64,000 bases of DNA from a virus. Position numbers and translations under genes: made by a program. Numbering within the stretch: position 1 is the stretch's first letter; each line of letters opens with the position of its first letter. Location: the IMG/VR virus record IMGVR_UViG_3300020219_000012, positions 36,343 through 100,342 of that record, one strand, 5' to 3'. Below the pieces are notes generated by a model. The model saw only the letters and a program-made list of their open reading frames with translations, was not told the DNA's origin and made no database searches. Shown piece after piece: positions 48,987-57,864 of this stretch.

Positions 48987-49256
48987 GCAACTACTTTCTT
49001 TAGTTAGCCCCGCGCAGGTGCGCGGAGGCCCGCTCGTAAAAGGCTTCGCGGTCGGGGCCGACCTGACGGGGGCAGACCTGGTTTTTGAGGATCATCTCCC
49101 AGGCGGTGGCGTACCAGCGCTCCCAGCCGGCATGGGTCGATAGCCGCACCGACGCCTTGCAGGGGCAGTCGACGAAGATCGTGACCCGACCATCTCCTTC
49201 GGGCAGGGCGGGCAGCACCAGGTCGGCCTGGCATTTGGGGCATTGCATGTTCGCCG

Positions 49257-49472
49257 CTACCCCTCGATGAGCTTGTTGAGGGCCTCGACGTCGAGCCTGT
49301 GGTAGGCGCCCGAGCTGCTGTTCATGCGCTTGAGCCTGACGCCCTTCTTCCTGAACCGGGTGGCGACGGCGGAGGCGTGCTTGACGGTGATGCCGAGATG
49401 GGTAGCCACCTTATCGACGGTAGATGAGCCTTGCCAGGCGGTGACGAAGGCCGTGGGGTCGAGTTGCTTCAT
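49257..49472 (-). CDS. Small HTH-like protein
   Basis: VDKVATHLGI..RFRKKGVRL. Confidence 0.55.
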   Translation of the reverse strand: MKQLDPTAFVTAWQGSSTVDKVATHLGITVKHASAVATRFRKKGVRLKRMNSSSGAYHRLDVEALNKLIEG

Positions 49473-49498
49473 GGAGATACGGTTTCCTTGGTGACAGG

Positions 49499-52400
49499 TC
49501 AGAACGGCGGCTTTTTGCCCGAGCGGGGCTTTTCATCTTCGAACACGGGCATGGGGCCCGCGTAGAAGTCATCGAGGGGCTCGAGCACCTCGCTGCGAGC
49601 CACAGCGGCAAGCCCGCCGCTCGCAAATGCCTCGCCCAGGTTGCCCCGGAAGTTGGTCGTGGCCTTCGACAGCTCTTTTAGGTAGGCATTGAAGGCCTGG
49701 CTCTTTCTCCAGATCTTGTGGTGTCGGTAAATGAGCCCCTTCTGGTTCAGGAACCGCCACAGTCTGTCCATGTCATCCTTGGGCAGGTTCAGGATGTCGG
49801 TCAAGGTTGGCTTGGTGATGAAGTCAGCTTGGTTGAGCAGGTCGATGACCACCTCGGCCTCATCGAACGACATCAGCATCTTCTTGATGGCCGAACGTCG
49901 CTCGTCGGTCAGGTTGTTGACGTCCTTGTGCTTGCGCGCGTACTCGAAGTACGCCATCGCCGGCTTGCGGTAGTTCCAGTCCATGAAGTCCGCCGCAAAG
50001 TTTACGTGCTCGATGGTGACCAGCACCTTGCGAGCATCCTTGTCAGTCGAGAACAGCCGGGCCGCAACGCTGGCGGCGATGCGGGCGATCTTGAGCCGCA
50101 GGTCTGACTTGTACGCCAGGGGCACGTCGCAGTCGTAGACCTCGCCCATCTCGCGGGCATGGAAGGCGATGCGCTCCTCGGCCTCCTCGGAGAACTCGAC
50201 GTGGTGAGGCTCGCGCGACCACACCCACAGCAACAGGCTGTGGCACAGGTCCGCGGTGTAGTTGTGCTTGAGCGCCGACGAGGTCCAGCGCCGGTTGATC
50301 ATCTCGCTGCTGACCTCGGACTTCTCCGCGACCACGGCCAGGTCCACGCGGCGCAGGTCCGAACCCTCCTTGAACATCTTCATCACGGCGCGGATGCCGC
50401 TGTTGTAGTCCGAGAGCTGGCCTTGGCCCTCGCGCGGGTTCGACAGGAAGATCATCCGGGTGCGGGCCCAGGTTTCATGGCCAACGCCCGTGCCCTGGGC
50501 GATCGCCCGGCCGTCACTGCGCACCTGGGTCAGCTTCTGGACCTCCTCCATGGGAATGCCCGAGAACTCATCGATGACCAGGAGGCGCCGATCGTTCTGC
50601 GGGATCTTGCCCCATTGCACCGTCCATTGGCTATTGATCTGGACCAGGGCAAATAGCAAGCCTGTGCGACTGGCACCCTCGCCCGCGGTCATTTCGCCCA
50701 GGCCGTAGTGCTGGATCATCCGGTCGATCATCGTGCTCTTGCCGGTGCCGGTGTCGCCGACGACGAGCAGCTCCCACCAGCCCTTGCGCACCCACTTGCC
50801 ATCCAGCTTGAAGCCGATGACCGAGTGGTAGCAGAGGTCTACCGCGATGGAGAGGTCCATGCGGCCGCCGATCTGATGGACGTTGGCGGTGAGGTCGGCA
50901 TGGATCTCCTGGAGCTTGTCCTCGACGCTCTGGCCCTCGCGCGGTCGAAACAGCTTGAGACTCTCGTAGTGGTCAGCCGTCATCACGAACTGGTCGACGT
51001 CGTTCTGCGCAGGCTCGGCCTTGTCGAATAGCAGGCAGACTCGCTGGTCCTTGGGGAAGTTGAAGACCGAGGCCTCGACCATGTACTTGCGGTTGGGCTG
51101 CAGGCCATGGCCCATGAAGAACGCCCGCTGCACCACGTGCTTGACCGCCTTGGTGGTACTGCCCTCCTCTTCGGCAGGAGCGTCGGGCCGTACCGAGGTC
51201 TGCTCCTCCATGTAGATCTGCGCGTAGTCCACCATCGGGATGAGCTGCACCTCCTCGAGGTTGGTCTGCTCGTCGTAGGTGATCCGGTTCTTGAAACACT
51301 TGGGCTGGATGCGGCAAAACGATCGGACATGTGACGTCTTTTCGTTGTTGTTGACGCCGATGAGCTCGAGCACCTTGGCGTCCTCCGCGGAGAACACGAA
51401 CTGCAGCTTGCCGTTCGCCCCGTTCTTACCCAGCGCGCAGTCGTCGCAATACTTGCCGTTGTCGACCCCGCAGGTCACCTTGCCGCGCAGCGGGATGCCG
51501 AACGGCGCGGTGGCCTTGGCCGCCACCTGCACCGGGGTCCGCACCTTGGTGCCAAGGTAGCAACCGCGACTGGCATCCGAGAGGTGCACCGTGGGGACCT
51601 CGGCCGGATCCTGATCCGACACGTTCTTGATCCAGCTGCACTTGTCCGCGCCCACACAGGCAACCTTCTCCTCGCCCGTCTTGCCCCCGTTCGCACGGAT
51701 CATCCGGCAGCTGAAGTGGAGGCTGCCGGCATAGCCCGTGTTGACCACCGAGGCTGCGTTGAGCAAGCGCCCCGGTAGCTCAGTCGGATTGGGAAAGTGC
51801 TTCTTGGTCCAGTTGGCCATCAGGTGGTTGGCCTCCTGCTTGTCGATGCCAGCGTCCACCATGAACCCAACCATCGGCAGGATGACCTTGTTGCGGTTAG
51901 GCCCGGTCGGCTTCATGCCGTTCTCGAGCATGTCCTTCATGCAGACCGGAAAGTCTGAGTCGCCGGTCAGCGGGCGGGAGATCTTGGCCCGCGGACGCAG
52001 CCGGTCCATGTCGAGGCGGACCTCGTAGAGGTCATGGAACTGACGCCACCAGGTCACCGCCTCATCGAGCGGCTCGATGTTGCTGTACTCGTGCGGGCTC
52101 CACACGTGGCTGACCGGCAACGCTTCCTCGGAAGGGAAGTCAGTGCGCGGCTCCTTGGCCCGGGTGCGGATCGCCTTGGCATCCCAGTCCAGGAGCTCAC
52201 GGCAGGTCAGCTCGTACTTGAACAGGTTAGAGCCCGCGTGCGACGAGTTCGGGATGCGCCACTGCCGGGCCCGCGAATAGACCGAGCGGTCCAGTGTCGG
52301 GATGTCCAGGTAGTCGGCCAGCTGCAAGACCGCCATCTTGACGATTGCCGTCAGGTGCCGGTGCGGAGTGATGCCGAACACCTCGGGCCGCACGATGACG

Positions 52401-52873
52401 TGGAACCCCTTCTGCCCCGAGTACCAGCACTGGATGTGCGACTGCTTGACCCCAAGGGTCATGAACCAGGAAACCACCTTCCGCGCGTCTGCCAGGCTGG
52501 ACCGCACTGAACGCATGAGCCGTTCCTCCTGGTCGCCGGACTCGTCTTCCTTGGGCTTACAGTCAAAGTCGAAAAATACGCCGTTGTAGTGCATCTGGGA
52601 CTCGGCGAAGTCCTCGTGCGAGGGCGTGGGCACGGAACCCCGTGAGACCTCCTGTGCTGCTTCCTGCGCGGCCTTACGCTCTGCCTCCAGGGTTGAGACG
52701 GCGTCCTTGAATCGTTGCACTGTGGTGAAGCACTGGACGTTGCCGGAGGGCACGACGATCCGGCTCCGGATGTCGGAGATCTTGTACCGGTGCCACACGG
52801 TGAATCGGCCTGGAACCTTGGCCAAGCCATAAGTGCCATCCACGTAGATATAGGTTTTCGAGAATTCGCTCAA
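49499..52873 (-). CDS. AEP primase - MCM-family helicase fusion
   Basis: FDFD, SGQKGFHV, DRSVY..WRIPNS (AEP); Cys-rich linker; GDTGTGKST, ASRTGL, IDEF, SNP, RVDL (MCM AAA+). Confidence 0.85.
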   Translation of the reverse strand: MSEFSKTYIYVDGTYGLAKVPGRFTVWHRYKISDIRSRIVVPSGNVQCFTTVQRFKDAVSTLEAERKAAQEAAQEVSRGSVPTPSHEDFAESQMHYNGVFFDFDCKPKEDESGDQEERLMRSVRSSLADARKVVSWFMTLGVKQSHIQCWYSGQKGFHVIVRPEVFGITPHRHLTAIVKMAVLQLADYLDIPTLDRSVYSRARQWRIPNSSHAGSNLFKYELTCRELLDWDAKAIRTRAKEPRTDFPSEEALPVSHVWSPHEYSNIEPLDEAVTWWRQFHDLYEVRLDMDRLRPRAKISRPLTGDSDFPVCMKDMLENGMKPTGPNRNKVILPMVGFMVDAGIDKQEANHLMANWTKKHFPNPTELPGRLLNAASVVNTGYAGSLHFSCRMIRANGGKTGEEKVACVGADKCSWIKNVSDQDPAEVPTVHLSDASRGCYLGTKVRTPVQVAAKATAPFGIPLRGKVTCGVDNGKYCDDCALGKNGANGKLQFVFSAEDAKVLELIGVNNNEKTSHVRSFCRIQPKCFKNRITYDEQTNLEEVQLIPMVDYAQIYMEEQTSVRPDAPAEEEGSTTKAVKHVVQRAFFMGHGLQPNRKYMVEASVFNFPKDQRVCLLFDKAEPAQNDVDQFVMTADHYESLKLFRPREGQSVEDKLQEIHADLTANVHQIGGRMDLSIAVDLCYHSVIGFKLDGKWVRKGWWELLVVGDTGTGKSTMIDRMIQHYGLGEMTAGEGASRTGLLFALVQINSQWTVQWGKIPQNDRRLLVIDEFSGIPMEEVQKLTQVRSDGRAIAQGTGVGHETWARTRMIFLSNPREGQGQLSDYNSGIRAVMKMFKEGSDLRRVDLAVVAEKSEVSSEMINRRWTSSALKHNYTADLCHSLLLWVWSREPHHVEFSEEAEERIAFHAREMGEVYDCDVPLAYKSDLRLKIARIAASVAARLFSTDKDARKVLVTIEHVNFAADFMDWNYRKPAMAYFEYARKHKDVNNLTDERRSAIKKMLMSFDEAEVVIDLLNQADFITKPTLTDILNLPKDDMDRLWRFLNQKGLIYRHHKIWRKSQAFNAYLKELSKATTNFRGNLGEAFASGGLAAVARSEVLEPLDDFYAGPMPVFEDEKPRSGKKPPF

Positions 52874-53322
52874 GCTGGCTCCTGAAAGGGAAGACGGAGG
52901 TGGCGGCAGGGTCCTTTTGCCGGCTCGGGACCTGTGGCCTTTTGACCGTGGAATGAACTCAATTCACCCCACCCAATCTTCTGAGACCGAAATCCCGAAA
53001 AAGAATCGTGAACTTGGTTCAATGAAAAAGAGGGATCAGAGAGAATAAGTAGAACTCATAGAAAAAGAGAAGAAAGAATATTTTAATAGAAGTCATATAT
53101 TTATATATGTCCCTTTTTTCTTACCAGTGTTCAGGTACTTAGGGATCTTCTTCTTAAGAAAGTAGTGAATAGCGACATGTAGGGGAAGATGACATCCATA
53201 ATGACCTTTGAGGATATGTATGGTCAATGTAGTCAGAAAAAGCTAAAAAACGTAATGGCCCTTACATTGTGAAGTCCTCATAAGTCGCATCACGTTTTGT
53301 CACTTAGCCGACTTTATCCACA
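52874..53322. promoter_or_regulatory. AT-rich putative replication origin
   Basis: Only long AT-rich non-coding tract in the window; CATATATTTATATATG near-palindrome; TTATCCACA at 53314-53322. Confidence 0.6.
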
Positions 53323-53912
53323 GGCAAAGGGGTCGTGATCAGACCCGGATCTTGCCCCCCTTCCATGCCGATCAGGATGCGTGCAAGGCGAGCTGGGATC
53401 ATCCGGTTGCGAGACGCCAAGAGCTCGAGGGTCAGGTCTTCTGACGCGGCGCGGTAATACTGATTGCGAAGGGAGGTTCGCAGCTCAGGGGTGGTCTGCT
53501 TGCAGTAGTTCTCCCAGGCGTGAATCAGGCTCAGGTGGTCCTTGGCCACGCAGTGCTTCGTCCCGGCCGCCACGCACCGCGGGACCAACTTGACTGGGCT
53601 CTCTCCGAAGTTGGCCGGATCGGTGCGGGGGATGAGTCCGAAGTGGTACTCATAGGCAAAGCTCTGCACGGTCCGCATCCTGCCGTTGGAGTAGAAGTAG
53701 CCCCAGCCGCTGCGGTCGATCTTGCCACCCCACACCTCGCAGCGAGCCAGCTCGCGGAGGTAGGGGTCGTGGTGCTTGACCACGGTCTCGGGGACGACCT
53801 GCTTTTCAAACTTGTCCCAGTTCCGGATGATGTCGGGCGCGGGCAGGTAGCGGTCCGAGAACGGGCGCGCCGGGGCGAGGCGCCGGACCGGCGTGATCTT
53901 GAACTCCCTCAT
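53304..53912 (-). CDS. Degenerate HNH/His-Me-finger protein
   Basis: CEVWGG..GWG..AYEYHFGLIP..CVAKDHL. Confidence 0.55.
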   Translation of the reverse strand: MREFKITPVRRLAPARPFSDRYLPAPDIIRNWDKFEKQVVPETVVKHHDPYLRELARCEVWGGKIDRSGWGYFYSNGRMRTVQSFAYEYHFGLIPRTDPANFGESPVKLVPRCVAAGTKHCVAKDHLSLIHAWENYCKQTTPELRTSLRNQYYRAASEDLTLELLASRNRMIPARLARILIGMEGGQDPGLITTPLPVDKVG

Positions 53913-54861
53913 GCGGCACCAAAGACCGCCCCGTACTTCTGGCAGACCTCGAGCGGCGACTCCTCGAACTGGGCGTAGAAGGCGCGGGTGGCGGCTGCGG
54001 CCGCGAGGCCCTTGGGGTATCGGCAGCCGACCTGGAGGACGAGGTTGACCCCGTCGTCCAGCTTGCGGAACAGCCGCAAGGCGGCGACCCCTTCCTCGTT
54101 GAACAGGGGCGCGCCGTCACCGCCGAACAGCTTGACGGTCTCGCCGGTGTCCATGACGACCAAGATCTGCTCGCGCAGGTAGTCGAAGCGCCAGCCGGCA
54201 TCGACCAGGGCCTTGGCCGCGCCGGCCCAGGCGTCTTCGGATTCAGGCTCGGCCAGGCAAACGATCAGCACTTCACTCGCGCGGGCTCCTTGCATGTTCC
54301 AGAACGGGTGATAGAGCGACAGCTGGTGTTGCTTGAGGACGGGCATGACGTGTTCGTCAAGCCAGGCCTTCTTGTCGAAGTCGGTCATGTGGACTCCGGG
54401 TTGTAGGGGATTTGTTCGCCGAGGCCGGTGGTCTGGATCCAGGGCTGGTGGCCCGCCAGCACGGCCTCGAGATAGGCGGCGATGCGAGCATTGCCCGTAC
54501 GCTGCGGGTAGTGGACGACGCCGAAGTAGTGGAGAGACCGAACCGCGCGATAGGCGCAACCCACGACGCAGAGCACCTTCTCGGGCGCCGGTGGATGAGT
54601 GACGCAGCCAGTGCGGGTTTTGGCGTCGAGCTCGGCGGTCTCGAGCTCGGCAACCTGGCTGGCATGGGCGAGCGCATTCTTCAAATCCGACGTGGTCCAA
54701 GCCGTCATGGGCACGTAGCCTCCTTGGCTCATGGTTGGCCGGCGACCCTGCGCCTCGCCACGAGGGGCCGTCAACCAAACGCTTCCGGAAATCTCTAACC
54801 TCCGGAATGCTCGTGACGTGTCTTGTGGTGCGACGAGGAGAGCTCCACAACAGCTTGTGGT

Positions 54862-55296
54862 TCACCTGGGATGCAGGTGCGCCTTCTCCGATGCTGTCTG
54901 TTCTGCGTTGTCGAGGATCACCTGCGCGGCGTCTTCGCTGACGTTGAGCGACTGGGCGCCGCTGCGAATCAGTTCCTTTATCTGAGACTCATCCATGATG
55001 CCGATGCAGAGCGAGAGCATGTCGGCGAACTTCACGACGTCCGATGCGGAGCCGGCCGCGTTGTACATGTCGATCTCGAGGGCGCAGATCTTCTTCATGA
55101 GCGACGGAGTTATGTGACCCGCGAGCAGGACGTCGCTGAGCAGCGGGCCGAGGAGCAACGGCTCACTGGCCACGGTTGGCGCATAGCACCTGATGAGTCG
55201 CAGGTGCTCCTGCGCGAGTCCGGGCTTGAACTCGTTGAGCTTGGGGAAGCGGGCGGTGACAGAGAGAAGGATGTCTAGATCGGTCCGTTTTGGCAT
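54862..55296 (-). CDS. Hypothetical protein
   Basis: AAGGA RBS; preceded by GGCATAAG. Confidence 0.55.
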   Translation of the reverse strand: MPKRTDLDILLSVTARFPKLNEFKPGLAQEHLRLIRCYAPTVASEPLLLGPLLSDVLLAGHITPSLMKKICALEIDMYNAAGSASDVVKFADMLSLCIGIMDESQIKELIRSGAQSLNVSEDAAQVILDNAEQTASEKAHLHPR

Positions 55297-55325
55297 GTGG
55301 ATTCCTTTTCAGAATCCTTATGCCT

Positions 55326-55346
55326 AAGAAAAGCGGGGCAGCCCGC
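55326..55346 (-). terminator. Terminator closing the GGY-NN array
   Basis: GCGGG-CTGC-CCCGC-TTTTCTT. Confidence 0.65.
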
Positions 55347-55528
55347 CAGTCCTCGCCGGCCACGCCCAACCTCGCCAGCCCTGCCTTGCCGCGCCCGACC
55401 GAACCTAACCCGACCTAACCCCGCCAGCCTGACCGTGCCATGCCATTCCCAGCGCAGCCTGACCGCGCCGAACCTAACCCTGCCAGCCTATCCTCATCAT
55501 GCCTCACACCGCCGAGCCTCGCCTTGCC
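55343..55528 (-). ncRNA. GGY-NN pentamer repeat array (putative guide RNA precursor)
   Basis: 34 pentamers (28 begin GGC/GGT) with variable dinucleotides, split by 4-nt GGCT/GGCC steps; starts 10 nt after a stop codon and ends at a terminator. Confidence 0.8.
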
Positions 55529-55537
55529 ATCTGAAAA

Positions 55538-56011
55538 CTACGCGGCTTGCTGTGCTTCTGCGATGAACTGCGTGACGTTGGCCAAGAGATTGTCGAGCTC
55601 TCCCTCGAGCCCGAGCACCTGAGCGATGGCCCGGCTCCGCGTCACGATGCCCTCGATTCGAGTGAATTCGCGTTGCAGGGTTTCGAGCGCACGTTGCCGA
55701 TCGTTCACCAGGCTTACTGTCTGCACGTACCCCGCTTCACGTTGATCCGACGGATCATGCACATAGGCCACCACCGAAACGGTCCTACGGTCCACGGTGG
55801 CGTTGATCTTCACGGAGCGAATGAGGGTTCGCGCCTGGTCGAGTCGCCTCTCGTGCGCCGCCCGGGTGTCATCCCAGGTGAACGCATCATGCAGCGGGCT
55901 AGTGACCGGACGAGCATCCTCGATGACCAACTCAGGAACGAGTCGTCCTCCCCCCAGCTGGGTCAACTCCGCTAGACGTTTGGCAATCGCTTCCCTTTGG
56001 GCGAGCGTCAT
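55538..56011 (-). CDS. Conserved partner of the RAMP-like gene
   Basis: GRLVPELVIEDARPVTSPLHDAFTWDD..RLDQARTLIRSV; 3 nt after the RAMP-like stop. Confidence 0.75.
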   Translation of the reverse strand: MTLAQREAIAKRLAELTQLGGGRLVPELVIEDARPVTSPLHDAFTWDDTRAAHERRLDQARTLIRSVKINATVDRRTVSVVAYVHDPSDQREAGYVQTVSLVNDRQRALETLQREFTRIEGIVTRSRAIAQVLGLEGELDNLLANVTQFIAEAQQAA

Positions 56012-56014
56012 GGA

Positions 56015-56845
56015 TTAGGCCTCCACTCCGTTGCTGGTGATTTCCTGCACCTTGGTCTTGGCCCGACCGTTGGCCGTGGCCGGTGCAAACGACCGGTGCT
56101 TACCGACTGCGTCGAGGTACCAGGTGTAGAGCTCCTCGGTCTCTTCGTTGGAGAAGTTCGGCTCCTTCATGCCAGCGAGCTGCACATCGCGCCCACCCTC
56201 CGCCACGATGCGCTGATAGTCGGGGTCATCTGAGCCGGCGATATTGAACAGCCCGTAGTTGCCGGCGCCCTTCTCGTTGCGATAGTCGCCGATGCCGATG
56301 TACATGCCAGCTGCCGCCAGGAGGTTGGCCACCGACTGCAGCTGGAGCTGCGGCATCACGTACGACACTGTGATCGAGCACGCCCACTCCTGCATGTAGC
56401 AGCGGGTCCGCACATCCGGCGCCCGGTTCATGCCGGCCTGCCGGACGATCCGCATATCGAGCTGGGGTATGCCGAAGATGTCGATGCGATCACCGACCAC
56501 CCACAGCATGCGACCGACCTCGGCCTTGCTGACGCCCGGCAGGTCGAGCGCCGCTGCCCGCATCGCTCCGCGGAACGCGGATGAGAGGTGCTGCACGAAC
56601 GTCGGCCCCTCCTTGTTGTTGAAGTAGATGGAGCTCTGGTACTCCTCGAGCGGGCGGTGCTTGAGCGAGGACTTCTTGTCGGCCTCGGTCTTGCGCCCCA
56701 TCGGCAGGAGCAACTCCTGCTTGGTCTTGTTCGACAGGCAGTTGTGCAGCATGGGCGTCGTGCCCACGAGATGGAACGTAGCCTTCCCGCGCTCGACGTT
56801 GATGATCTGAACTTCGCCCGACTTTTCGTTCGCCTTGGTCGCCAT
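56015..56845 (-). CDS. Solo RAMP (Cas7/Csm3-like) RNA-binding protein
   Basis: GGAGA RBS; LVGTTPMLH, SSAFRGAMRAAA and Gly-rich loop GIGDYRNEKGAGNYGLF. Confidence 0.75.
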   Translation of the reverse strand: MATKANEKSGEVQIINVERGKATFHLVGTTPMLHNCLSNKTKQELLLPMGRKTEADKKSSLKHRPLEEYQSSIYFNNKEGPTFVQHLSSAFRGAMRAAALDLPGVSKAEVGRMLWVVGDRIDIFGIPQLDMRIVRQAGMNRAPDVRTRCYMQEWACSITVSYVMPQLQLQSVANLLAAAGMYIGIGDYRNEKGAGNYGLFNIAGSDDPDYQRIVAEGGRDVQLAGMKEPNFSNEETEELYTWYLDAVGKHRSFAPATANGRAKTKVQEITSNGVEA

Positions 56846-56925
56846 TTTGTTTCTCCAGTGAATGTGTGGGAGCGTTATTGCTCTATTCCACTTATGCCTG
56901 GAGCGATTGAGTGAAGTGCCAGTGA

Positions 56926-56963
56926 CTAAAAAAGAAAAGTCACCGAGGTTGCCCTCGGTGACT
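56926..56963 (-). terminator. Strong intrinsic terminator
   Basis: AGTCACCGAGG-GCAA-CCTCGGTGACT followed by TTTCTTTTTT. Confidence 0.85.
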
Positions 56964-56965
56964 AG

Positions 56966-57016
56966 TGGACCTGCTGGGACTCGAACCCAGGCCTCGTCGA
57001 AACCAAGGGCCGACCC
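56966..57016 (-). ncRNA. Mini RNA resembling the tmRNA tRNA-like domain
   Basis: GGGTCGG-CCCTTGGTTTCGAC-GAGGC-CTGGG-TTCGAGT-CCCAG-CAGGTCC-A; G3:U70 and A73. Confidence 0.5.
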
Positions 57017-57035
57017 TACCATGGTCGGATTATTG

Positions 57036-57674
57036 TCAGTCGAATCCACCCAGCATCTCGCTCACTGATCGGAACTTGCGCCCCGCGATGACGATGTGGT
57101 CAACCATGGGAATCCCGACCAGCTCGCCCACCGCCTGCACGCGCCGGGTCAAGGCCATGTCCTCTTGGCTGGGCGTGGGGTCCCCGGTCGGGTGGTTGTG
57201 GGCGATGATGCAGCCCGCGGCCGAGATGCGAATGAGGGGCCGGAAGATTTCCCGGGGATGAGCCTCGACGCCGTTCAGGGTCCCCCGGGCCACCTCAATC
57301 TCGGCAATGACCTGGTTTCGGGCGTTGAGCGCCAGCACCACGAACACCTCCTGTTTGAGCCCGGCGAAGAACCCCTGGAGCCGGTCGAACACCGACTGCG
57401 GGGTGGATACTACCCCTAGTGTCCGGCAGGTCATTGCACGCCGACCCAGCTCGAAGATGGCCGCCGTCTTGCGGGCGCCGACCCCGCCCACGGCCTGCTT
57501 GAGCTCGAGGTGCGGGGCCCGGCCGATGGCCTCGATGTCACCGACCCCTTCCAGGAGCCGGTCGCTGGCGCGCGTCCCCAGGGCCAACGCCAGGAGGTCC
57601 TTGTCTGACAATTTATCAATCACCCGCGGGCTCCTTCTTTGTGGGGCTCGTCTGGTCTGGATCTGTTTGGTCAC
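57036..57674 (-). CDS. radC: RadC-like JAB-domain protein
   Basis: LSDKDLLALAL, QEVF, HPREIF, AHNHPTGDPTPSQED and DHIVI. Confidence 0.9.
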   Translation of the reverse strand: MTKQIQTRRAPQRRSPRVIDKLSDKDLLALALGTRASDRLLEGVGDIEAIGRAPHLELKQAVGGVGARKTAAIFELGRRAMTCRTLGVVSTPQSVFDRLQGFFAGLKQEVFVVLALNARNQVIAEIEVARGTLNGVEAHPREIFRPLIRISAAGCIIAHNHPTGDPTPSQEDMALTRRVQAVGELVGIPMVDHIVIAGRKFRSVSEMLGGFD

Positions 57675-57864
57675 GGTGAAGTCCCTTGGTTCAAGTGTTG
57701 TTCACATGGCGCGCACAGTTGATGCGCCCGCTCGGGCGGCAGCGCGTCCCCGCAGCGGGGGCAGTGCGTGGCCTCTGTCTTCCACGCACCGCCGACGGAG
57801 TTGGAGCACCAGCCGTCGCACGAGCACGGCCTAGCCGGGGCCGGCACGAAGTCGTCGCCGAATG

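Noticed and set aside
55343-55528. Canonical CRISPR array, or coding ORFs 55297..55566 and 55440..55622
   Set aside because: No 25-45-nt repeats with spacers. The ORFs are antisense low-complexity translations of a period-5 repeat.
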